DNA of 52,353 nt. Origin: Desulfobacterales bacterium. Its GTDB lineage: Bacteria; Desulfobacterota; Desulfobacteria; Desulfobacterales; C00003060. The stretch lies in assembly GCA_023129535.1 (NCBI GenBank), contig JAGMBW010000116.1, forward strand, positions 1 through 52,353. The letters are read 5' to 3'. Under the pieces are notes generated by a model. The model was not told where the DNA came from. It searched no databases and saw nothing but the letters and a program-made list of their open reading frames with translations. Positions 37,461-46,400 of the stretch are shown in pieces. Made by a program: the position numbers and the translations under genes. How positions within the stretch are numbered: the first letter of the stretch is position 1; each line of letters begins with the position of its first letter.

Positions 37461-38555
37461 TCAATGGTAAAGTCTCGGCAAAGGGAACTCAACCACATGA
37501 GCAATTACAAGGCCTTGGTTTACCACTGCAAACCGAGCCTTTGCCAGACCATAATCCACTTTTTGGATATTGAGTTGCAAGTTACAGGGATTCTGCCGTT
37601 TGAACCCTTTTTCATCCAGGGAGGCAGTAAACCTTGCCATCGGAAAAAAACGCCCCTTATCTTTGAACCAGCAAGCCAAAGGGACGTCAAGATGTCGCGC
37701 GTCATCGAGTATGTCAAATACCTGTATCATGCTTTTGCCCGGCAGATCCGAAGGACCCAAAAGCGGGAAAAAATCATTCTCACCGGCGATCAGGCCCAGT
37801 GTTGTCTCCATGTTGAAATCCACCCGTGGCATGTCTCGCCGATTCATATACTCCTGAAAGTAGAAGTAACCTGAAGCGGCAGGGGTGTGCTGCGAATGGT
37901 TAGGCAAATCGAGAGGGTCGGTATCTGATAATGCCTGCCATCCAACCAGTCTGGCCTCCAATCTGTTGGGTCTCTTGATGACGGAAAATCGGAAAGCGCT
38001 TCCCGTGTTGGACGACGTTTTGATGGTAACGGCTATGGAGTCTGTTTCAGGCAAATCGATGATCTGTATCAGCCTTTGGGATTCAAACAGTTTTCTGAAA
38101 AATAATGCGAATGCCTCCGTGCACACTTCCACGACACAGCCGGGCAAGACCGTTGCCAGGGCGCGGATAATAGCCCGGCTTGCCTGTGGTTCCCATGCCA
38201 TGGGAACAAGACATACCATGGGCATTGACAGACGCAATCGGCTGAAAATTTGATTATTTTTCTTAAAAAAGAATCGCCAGATCGTTTCAAGCAGTTCATT
38301 CTCCCCGGCAATAAGCGGCATGATATGGTGGAATTGATGCAAACTAAACGTCTCATCCTCTTCAAGCTGATTTTCGTAAAACTGTCGATGCTCCGGGCTC
38401 TCTTTGCCGTTCGCTTCCGGTTTCAGGATGACATGAAACGGGACAGAAGCGGTCTGGTCGTATTCACTGCCACCATCAGTATAAACTGCCATCTCTTCGC
38501 CCGTTAAATCCAAAACCGCTGACGGGCGATAGTAATTAACCATGCCTTTTTGCAT
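37461..38555 (-). CDS. Hypothetical protein (~365 aa), translationally overlapped with the kinase-Hsp70 gene
   Basis: The track ORF runs to 38837, but its first ~94 aa overlap the upstream gene in another frame. ATG 38555 (MQKGMVNYYRPSAVLDLTGEEMAVY) gives a 20-nt overlap. Family not recognised. Confidence 0.55.
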   Translation of the reverse strand: MQKGMVNYYRPSAVLDLTGEEMAVYTDGGSEYDQTASVPFHVILKPEANGKESPEHRQFYENQLEEDETFSLHQFHHIMPLIAGENELLETIWRFFFKKNNQIFSRLRLSMPMVCLVPMAWEPQASRAIIRALATVLPGCVVEVCTEAFALFFRKLFESQRLIQIIDLPETDSIAVTIKTSSNTGSAFRFSVIKRPNRLEARLVGWQALSDTDPLDLPNHSQHTPAASGYFYFQEYMNRRDMPRVDFNMETTLGLIAGENDFFPLLGPSDLPGKSMIQVFDILDDARHLDVPLACWFKDKGRFFPMARFTASLDEKGFKRQNPCNLQLNIQKVDYGLAKARFAVVNQGLVIAHVVEFPLPRLYH

Positions 38556-41500
38556 CGATCCACACACCGTAAATTTGAACCCGCAGCCGAAGCTCAAAAT
38601 CCTTGGTAATCGCCATCCTAATAATACCCTGAACGTGTTTTTCGTCACAGCAGTCAGGCTTGGAAACGTCATACCGACCGACCTCCACGCACTTTGTATC
38701 GCTATACTCATCGTCACGGCCCGTATGTTCATAGACAATGATCTTCCACAACAACTTTCCGTCATTATCAAAATCAAAGTTCCGCACCCTTTCAGCGACG
38801 GCGTATGTTTGGGGATCAATAACCTTGCTTTTTTCAAATGCTTCCGTACTTACAAACCGTCTGTTCCTGGCAATCCATTCCACAAATCTTGTTTTGCTGC
38901 CGCCGACAGGTTTGGTCGTACCGATACGCCACCAATTCTTTCCGGATATGCTCCGGATGTCGATTTTTTGTTCGCCTGTCTGGATCCCGGCTATTTCTTC
39001 GGAACGATACAGGGCCGCACCCAATGCCACACCGGCTTTGGGCCGATCGGCAAATATGAGCTGGTCGTAGTCAAGCGACGTAGAGCTGGTTGGGTCATCA
39101 CGGAAAATCACTTCTTGTTTCTCATCACTCCACACGGGACGCTTCCCCTCTTTGAAAGCCTCAAACATTTGCTTTACCAGCGGAATTTTTGAAGATCTGC
39201 CTGAAAGGAGGATATGGCGGGGGGAACTTTCTGTTTCACTGTTGTTGTTATCGAGATCGAACATGGTTTGAATCATTGATACGCTCTCCTCGATTCGGGT
39301 AAAAATACAGCGCCGGATTTCGCTTCGCCTGATAGAAACAGGGGCGCTCCGCCGGTCTTCAATAAGGCCATTCACAAGGTTTTCATATTGGAGCAGAAAG
39401 GTGGCAGTCACCTCTTTTTGTTCTTTTTCCGGGCTAAAAAGTTCATCTGTTTTAATCTGTTCACAGCGACCCATCAGGATTCGAGCATTGGAGCCAGCTT
39501 GCCGCTCATGAACGGTAACGGTCCGACGCCCTGGTTCCGGCGGGAGTAAGGGCATATCGTCGTTTTTCTCGAATGACCCAATCACAATATTTCGTATTTC
39601 CCTCGTAACATCATCACCGCCGAAATCCTGCATACCGTCCACATCCAACACCTCGATTTTGATAAAGTTGCTAAGTTCATTATGGATGACCTGAAGGTAA
39701 GTAATATCAATAGTTCCGCCCCCAAAATCGTATACCAGCAAGCGATAGGCGCCCTGATTTTGGTAAATATGATGCAGCGCTGCCGCCGTGGCTTCGTCAA
39801 TCAGGGAATATCTGGACCTGTCAATGCCTGCCATTTTCAGAATGCGTCGGAGTGCCCGGACCCTGAGAAGCGTTAATTTGCTGGGATGGGTAAAAACATA
39901 GGCCGGAAAGGTCAGGCCCAGTTTCGCGCTGATTTGGGAAATTAAACGCTTTAAATAGTCCGCAATCATGTTCTCAACCGGAATTCTTTGGGTCCCTCCC
40001 CGAGGCAAAAAAACAAGTTCCGACTTTCTCCGATTTCCCAATTGACTTTTTAAAGAAGTAAAAGCATTCGGTTCGCCCGCGATCAAGTTGTAACTTGGTT
40101 GCCTCCCAATTTCGTAATCCTGAATTTTAAAAAAATATTGGATCACACTGGGGATAACCCGATCCTTTGGGCTGTTGTAAAGATCCAGCTCCAAAGGTTT
40201 GCTCCGGTCGGCTACACTCCGATAAGCAACGCAGTAACTGTACGTGGTGCCAAAATCGATGGCGCAAACATAGCCTTCTTCATGAGACAGAAGGGTAACC
40301 GTCAAATGCCGGACAAGCTTTTTAGGATGCCAACGACCATCCCTGAACACGTCATATTTGAAGATCAGGTTAAAGTTCATGTCGATTAGTTCCTGATCAT
40401 TTGCATCATCCTGATTTGTCTGCCAATTATCTATTGGATGAATGGTGTATTTCAAAGCAATTGGACGCCCGCTGCCGCCATCGAGAATGTCGTCGGAATC
40501 GACTTGATCGAACTCGATGACAGCGGAAAAATCGACTTCCGGATCACTACAGCTTTCGGCGACTGCTTCGATTTCCCTTATCCGCAACTTCCCTCCGCCT
40601 CCGTTGATCACGCTGAGGGATTTTCCCACGGGATCGTTTTGCTGATATAACCTGATGTGAATCGGACCGCGTTGGGGAAAAACAACCAGCCGCGGGGGAT
40701 TAATCATTTGCAGTTTGAATTCGTGGTCCAAAAAATAGGTATTGACTGGAAGCGGCTTTTTCCGGTTTTTCAGATACAAGAGCAATGTCAGATTGTAAGG
40801 TTGGTTTTCTTTGAGATGCTTGGTGTTAATCGACATCTGAACCGGCACCGATCCGGTTGTGCGGTCCAGCGTAATGTGCTCAACAGGGGTTTTGACTTGA
40901 ACACCTGCTGTCAGAAGTTCTTCGAGTCTGGCCTCGATTTTCTCTATAACAGCTTTACTGTTCAATAGTTCGAGATTTACCTGAAAATCGGCAAACTGGT
41001 TTTCGGGATCGAATTCTACTTCTATTAATCCTGGGGTAGCATCGAAACGGGGAACCGGCAAAAGCTCCACTGTGAGGGGCTCATCACAATCTTTGAAGGC
41101 CACATTGAATATCAACCCTGTGCGTTTTAACTTCTGATAATCAGGATGGCGCGAGGGTGTCACCTCCAGATAGAATTGCTGTGATTCGTTAACCGCCAAG
41201 GATTGAGGAAGGGGCGTGTGTCGAAGCCACTCATTCTGGACCACCCAATTTATATCATCCTCTTGCACGAACGTCAACCCGCATCCGGGATGCACACAGA
41301 CAAGGGCATTGTATTCGTTCAGGTGATCATTTGAGCACCGTTTTACAAATTCGGCTTCTTGAATATCTCTTGCCAGTTTTTCAACCGTGCGTATTCGCTG
41401 ATCGCAATTTTTTCTGAGGCAGCCGTCCAGAATCCGATTCAGTGTTGCCGGAAGGCCTTCGATACGGTTTCGGCTGACACCGTCGATGGTGATGTTGCCT

Positions 41501-42267
41501 AGCGTGTTTTCAACGGTTTTCCCCTTATAGGGGTGTTCCCCTCGCATGAATTGATACATCATAACGCCCAGTGACCATATATCCACCCACGTTCCAATGC
41601 TGCCGGTATGCCTCACGATTTGTTCGGGAGCAGCCCACACCGGTGCCATTAGAATGTCATTGTCCATACCGGGCGATAGATCATTTCCGTGAAATTCGAT
41701 CAGGGCGGGGACAGCAAGCTTTATCTTTTCGTCATCACCAATAAGAAGGTTTTGAGGCTTCAAATCGCCATGAATAATGGCATTGGAATTGCCGTCCGTG
41801 TCCATATGGCCATGCAAAGTAGCCAACCCGTCGCATATCTGAAGCAGCAGCCCTTTTAACTCTTCTCCCGGTACCACATCGTTGACGATATGTCCGTCGG
41901 CTGCGTGAAAATTATACTTGTCTGCAATAGAACCGTTTTCAAAATAGTCTGTGATTACACAGAAAAATTTGGCGTATTCCGTTTCTTCAACGAACCAGTC
42001 CAACGGGATGACAAGATGATTGGAATTCATGGTGGAAAGGGCTTCAAGCTTTTTCTCGATCATTTTGATTTGATGAGGAGCCGAATCGTCAGGCGAGAGC
42101 CCGGTCATTTTGACGGCATAGATTTCATCCGGTTTTTGTGTTTTCTCCACTTTGAAAGCGGGTCCGCGGCCGTCTTCTCCGATGGCATCAAGAATATGGT
42201 ATTCCTGTTTGTTGATCCATTTTCCGGAAAATATATAACCCAGGCCGTTGATTTTTCCCTCTTCCAT
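38536..42267 (-). CDS. Fusion protein: Ser/Thr-kinase-like domain + beta-rich middle region + Hsp70/actin-fold ATPase domain (no canonical Hsp70 substrate-binding domain)
   Basis: Kinase motifs: IGEDGRGPAF, YAVKM, IIHGDLKPQN, WAAPEQ, DIWSLGVMMY. Hsp70 NBD motifs: CAIDFGTTYSYCVAY, LIDEATAAAL, LLVYDFGGGTIDITYLQV, DFGGDDVTREI, ILLSGRSSKIPLVKQ, DRPKAGVALGAALY. ATG 42267 follows AGAGGA; the track start at 42288 is a TTG. Confidence 0.85.
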   Translation of the reverse strand: MEEGKINGLGYIFSGKWINKQEYHILDAIGEDGRGPAFKVEKTQKPDEIYAVKMTGLSPDDSAPHQIKMIEKKLEALSTMNSNHLVIPLDWFVEETEYAKFFCVITDYFENGSIADKYNFHAADGHIVNDVVPGEELKGLLLQICDGLATLHGHMDTDGNSNAIIHGDLKPQNLLIGDDEKIKLAVPALIEFHGNDLSPGMDNDILMAPVWAAPEQIVRHTGSIGTWVDIWSLGVMMYQFMRGEHPYKGKTVENTLGNITIDGVSRNRIEGLPATLNRILDGCLRKNCDQRIRTVEKLARDIQEAEFVKRCSNDHLNEYNALVCVHPGCGLTFVQEDDINWVVQNEWLRHTPLPQSLAVNESQQFYLEVTPSRHPDYQKLKRTGLIFNVAFKDCDEPLTVELLPVPRFDATPGLIEVEFDPENQFADFQVNLELLNSKAVIEKIEARLEELLTAGVQVKTPVEHITLDRTTGSVPVQMSINTKHLKENQPYNLTLLLYLKNRKKPLPVNTYFLDHEFKLQMINPPRLVVFPQRGPIHIRLYQQNDPVGKSLSVINGGGGKLRIREIEAVAESCSDPEVDFSAVIEFDQVDSDDILDGGSGRPIALKYTIHPIDNWQTNQDDANDQELIDMNFNLIFKYDVFRDGRWHPKKLVRHLTVTLLSHEEGYVCAIDFGTTYSYCVAYRSVADRSKPLELDLYNSPKDRVIPSVIQYFFKIQDYEIGRQPSYNLIAGEPNAFTSLKSQLGNRRKSELVFLPRGGTQRIPVENMIADYLKRLISQISAKLGLTFPAYVFTHPSKLTLLRVRALRRILKMAGIDRSRYSLIDEATAAALHHIYQNQGAYRLLVYDFGGGTIDITYLQVIHNELSNFIKIEVLDVDGMQDFGGDDVTREIRNIVIGSFEKNDDMPLLPPEPGRRTVTVHERQAGSNARILMGRCEQIKTDELFSPEKEQKEVTATFLLQYENLVNGLIEDRRSAPVSIRRSEIRRCIFTRIEESVSMIQTMFDLDNNNSETESSPRHILLSGRSSKIPLVKQMFEAFKEGKRPVWSDEKQEVIFRDDPTSSTSLDYDQLIFADRPKAGVALGAALYRSEEIAGIQTGEQKIDIRSISGKNWWRIGTTKPVGGSKTRFVEWIARNRRFVSTEAFEKSKVIDPQTYAVAERVRNFDFDNDGKLLWKIIVYEHTGRDDEYSDTKCVEVGRYDVSKPDCCDEKHVQGIIRMAITKDFELRLRVQIYGVWIDAKRHG

Positions 42268-42439
42268 TCTATTTGATCCTCTACGCAAATTTATAACAAC
42301 CGAAGTGAGGCAGCAGCTCCCTCCTGCTGCAGGGGTGCAGTCCGATTACCCGCTCATTCTTTAAATATGTAACCATAAAATGACGCCATCACGGCCGGTT
42401 CCTGGTTCAAGGGAAAAGCTTAGGTTGGCGATTTTAGTC

Positions 42440-43095
42440 CAGCATAGAAACCCTTACCCTCCGGGTAAGGTCAGAGTTCAGTTGGCTTTGCCTTCTGAAC
42501 AGCTCATCTGTTACATCCACACCTGAGTTGTCCCCACAACGTCAGGAAAGGAGTAACAAATGAGCCATTTTCGGAAATTATCACATACAATATGGCATTG
42601 CCAGTACCATATAGTCTGGACCCCGAAATACAGATATCGAGTGCTTTCAGGGGAAATAGCTGATGAAGTCGATGGCTGTATTCGGGTATTTTCGGAACAA
42701 CAAAAGTGCGAGATAGACGAAATGAATATTCAAGTAGACCACGTGCACCTTCTTGTAATGATACCGCCGAAGATATCGGTTTCGAACTATGTTGGAACGG
42801 TGAAGGGCCGGACAGCGATACGAGTATTGAATAGGTTCCGGCACCTAAAACAGAAACCCTATTGGGGTAATCATTTTTGGACCAAAGGGTACTGTGTCGA
42901 TACAGTAGGCCTTGATTCAGAAATGATTCGCAAGTACATAAAGTATCAAGAAGCCAAAGAACGCAGAGAAGAACAACAGCGAAGCTTGTTCTAATTCGTC
43001 TACAGGGGACAACTCAACCTTGCCTCCTCTGGGGGCAAGGCAAATTACCCCCTTCCAGGGATTATATCAAAGCCACGTCCTCTGGGCGTGGATCT
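42440..43095 (+). mobile_element. IS200/IS605-family insertion sequence (approximate limits)
   Basis: A single Y1-transposase gene flanked by subterminal hairpins: CCTTACCCTCCGGGTAAGG (42452-42470), CCTTGCCTCCTCTGGGGGCAAGG (43019-43040) and CCACGTCCTCTGGGCGTGG (43073-43091). The 5' UTR GAGTTGTCCCC is complementary to GGGGACAACTC after the stop. The ~650-bp size is IS200-like. Confidence 0.7.
42560..42994 (+). CDS. tnpA: IS200/IS605-family Y1 (HUH) transposase TnpA
   Basis: 144 aa. WHCQYHIVWTPKYRYRVL, HUH motif DHVHLLV, catalytic Tyr region WTKGYCVDTVG. RBS AAAGGAG. Confidence 0.92.
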   Translation: MSHFRKLSHTIWHCQYHIVWTPKYRYRVLSGEIADEVDGCIRVFSEQQKCEIDEMNIQVDHVHLLVMIPPKISVSNYVGTVKGRTAIRVLNRFRHLKQKPYWGNHFWTKGYCVDTVGLDSEMIRKYIKYQEAKERREEQQRSLF

Positions 43096-43136
43096 TTACT
43101 TCTTTGAAAAAAATGGCCCTCGACATCCACCATTAA

Positions 43137-43367
43137 TCAATCCAGCAGAAGTCGGCCGACTTCGTCGATATCCACTAGACCTCTGTTTTCCAGACGGATC
43201 TTCAATTTTACAGGCCCGCCCTGGCCAATATATATCGGTCCGGTATGCTCTATCCTGTCTTGAAGGAAGACTCGGATCGATTTCAAACGGGCTCCGCAAA
43301 ACCCACAGTACTTGTCGCCGGCGGCAGGATCAACACTGTACCCGCTGCAGCAGTAATTACATTTCAT
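43137..43367 (-). CDS. Zinc-ribbon ORF (76 aa), possibly truncated by the IS200 insertion
   Basis: CNYCCSG...KYCGFCG, then the beginning of an Ig-like strand pattern (PVKLKIRLENRGLVDIDEV). The stop lies at or next to the inferred IS right end. Confidence 0.45.
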   Translation of the reverse strand: MKCNYCCSGYSVDPAAGDKYCGFCGARLKSIRVFLQDRIEHTGPIYIGQGGPVKLKIRLENRGLVDIDEVGRLLLD

Positions 43368-43403
43368 ACCGTTTCCGCCTGCTCATATTAGAAAAAGGGT
43401 ACC

Positions 43404-46400
43404 CTATTCCCATGTGCCCATACTCTCGCTTTTATTCTCTTTTTCACTATTTTCGGAAATATCATTATCACTGCCTGGAGTTGCTTTTTTCGGTAGTTCG
43501 GCCGTTTCCGCCTCCCTTTGTCCTTCCCAGGCCAGCTCTAAAATGTACTCCGGTATCTTCCAGGGCTTTGATTCATCCCAACCTTCCTGGGTTTTTCTTT
43601 CCGTGGAAGCATTCTTGGCATCCATCAGGTATCTATACAACTGGTTGCCGTACTTTTCCGCGCCCCTCTCTTCAGGGGGTGAAAAAACAGAATTGTGCCA
43701 GCTAAGCGCAAACTTGGAATGATCCGAATTCCAGCATCGCATGAGCACCGGAAACCAGTCCCTGTCCGGCCGGGTCTTATCTGCCGACGCCAGCGACGGC
43801 ACAATTTCACAGAAGGCATGCATCCAACTGCAAAGGGTATCCGAATCCTGATTGAGGGCCTGAATCTCTTCACTGGTCAGCACCATATGTTTGATCGCTA
43901 CTTTCCTACGATCCTGAAGTTCCTTAATAATAAAATAGTGTGACGACTGTTTTTCAACCTTCTCCTGCATTTGATCCTTAAAATAATAATTTTCGTAATA
44001 GATCACCAAAGGCCAGATCTTGCGAAGCGTCGTGGTAGAATTCAATAAATCCTGATTTTTCTCCCGCAAACGCTGAAAGGGCTGGGTATAGTTATCCGAT
44101 ACCGGCCCGTAAAAGAAAGATATAATTTGACTGACCGATTGGCCGAGTGAAACCATTTGTGGAACCCCTTCCAATCCCTTTCGTTCCAGTACCATTTTGT
44201 AATCGCCGGTAGCTCGATCAAACCAGATGGCGCCAAGCAAAATACCCAGGAACAGTTCCGTTTCAACGTCTACTCCATTCTCAAGGGCAAGAAGCTCCCG
44301 AGTGTCTTCACCGCGGGTCCAAACGGCTTCTTTCCACGAGAAAACTTTATGCTGCTCCTTGAGGTTTTTCACAATATCCAAAATAAGCAGCGGAACGCCG
44401 TCGTCGATGGTGAGTATGATTAACTCCTTGCCTTGATAGCCTGACGGTTCGGCCTCGATCCCCATTTCCTTTATGACTTTTTGGGAAAGGTCTAAAATAT
44501 CAAACGGTGCAAACACCCATTGTTTTTTAATGGTACTTTTTGCTTTGCCGAATCGATCGGAACGGTACGTCAGGTAGGAATCGCTGGTTGACAGGCAATG
44601 TTTGATATCGGTTCGAAATTTACTTTCTTTTTCGGAGCCCAATTTTTTATAATAATCCTTGAGCGTCGGTTCTATTTCGAGTTCGGTAACTCCTCTATCG
44701 ATCAGGATCGCGGTCCACTGGCCGGTACCTTCTCTAAAGCTTCCGGCTCGGGAAATATCCCAGACACAGTTCAGTGATTTATATGTTCCGTCTTGCAGAA
44801 GCTCTCCAAATCCTTCCTTCAAGGTCTCCAGCATCAACATCTGAGAAGGTAACGGATTTGTAAGGGCCTCGGGCGTTTGGTAGGAAGCGCCGCAGTAAAT
44901 ATTTCTGGAGCGCATATGCTGGAACCGCGAGAGGTCGGCAAGCTCGATTCTGATTCCCTCCTTATTGGACCCATCTTCACGCTCAAGCAAATCCTTCAGA
45001 CTTCTTTCCAGGGTTCTGGGGGCAGCCCCTCGATATCGGGCGCTGATCATACCTCCCCGGTTTTCCAGAAGCTTGACGATCTCATTCTGAGCCTGGGCCA
45101 CACGTTCCAGGACTTTTTTAATCGCTATCACAAGCCCTCTAGCAATTTCATCCAGAGCGCTTCTAATTTTTGTGATTGACGTTGTTTTTATGAAGTCACG
45201 CCATTCATCAAAACAGTCTTCGCTCAAAAAACACTCCTGAAAACGACGGTATAAATCTCCGCGCACTTTATTGGCGAAATTTATCGGGATTTCATTCAAC
45301 TCGTCAATATAACCCAACGTTCTCAGAGGCTCTGCGAAGCATGCGGCCCAGCGCTGCACGGTGGAAGGCACATTTTTAAGGCCCATCCAATCCAGCTTGG
45401 CACTCTGGCTGACAACCCACTCCTGACACTCTGCCGTAAAATCCCCGGGTAGAGATTTATCATCGGCCGTATTGGCATTAACAAGTCTTTTCTCCCCTTC
45501 GGCTTTTTCAATCAAAGCGTCAATAAACGCAACCGTCGACTTAAGACCGTGCTCTGCAATCCAATACTCAAGCAGTTTGTTCACGCTCACGCCGGTCTCA
45601 CTATTCAATTTCTTTCTCCATTTGTTCAGGGCGGCATCAATGAGACCTTCATTGCCGTAGCAACCGGTTCCAGACTCGAAATTGACACCGGTAGAAACCT
45701 TTTTGAAAAAACTTTCAGGGGTACGGAGATTTTGAAAATCTTCCCGGACGGCCTGCAACATGGCATTGGAAAATGCCTGAAATATTTCCTGAACGCCCCA
45801 GCCGAATTGTTTCCATGCTTTCTGGGCATTATCGGCCACTTCCGCGGATGAGAGTGCTTCTTTTTCAAGAATCGTGGTAATAAATTGGTCCATCAGATAA
45901 AATGCAGCCCAGCGCTGAATCAGGGTTTCGCCGATGAATATTTTCGACAGACCGAATCCGCCATAATGCCGGGCATAGTCCCTGCTGCTGATGCTGTCCG
46001 TACTCTGAAAAACTTCGGTTGGCAGCGTGAACATCTCCTTGTTTTGCCGATAAGCATTGATCAGTTTGCCCTGCTCGCGCTCGACAAATTGGGTATACAC
46101 CATATCTGCCGTCATTTCCGTGGCATCCTCAGCACCCCAAAGAGAGTTCCCTCCCCGGTTGCGGGCACCAATAAGATAAGCCCAGTCAAAGGCCCGGGTA
46201 TGATTAAAAATGTCGTTGGGTTCTTTAATCAAACCGGTTGCCTCCTTATAGGGACTCCAGTCGGGGACAAAAAAATCGGCTTTTTCAAAACCGCGGTCAA
46301 AACAAAAATCGCTGGGTTGGTTCAACTGATACCTTTCCAGTTCGGAAAGCGCTGCATATGAGCCGGCCATCACGAGCTGCTGGGGTGAAAGATCTTCATC

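Noticed and set aside
38556-38837. N-terminal 94-aa extension of the 458-aa track ORF
   Set aside because: It overlaps the well-supported C-terminus of the kinase::Hsp70 gene in another frame. The internal ATG at 38555 gives a normal coupled start.
43088-46361. Plus-strand ORFs of 100-205 aa (43088..43705, 45549..45851, 45885..46361, and others)
   Set aside because: They are antisense to the 1253-aa tubulin-like gene and have no independent support.
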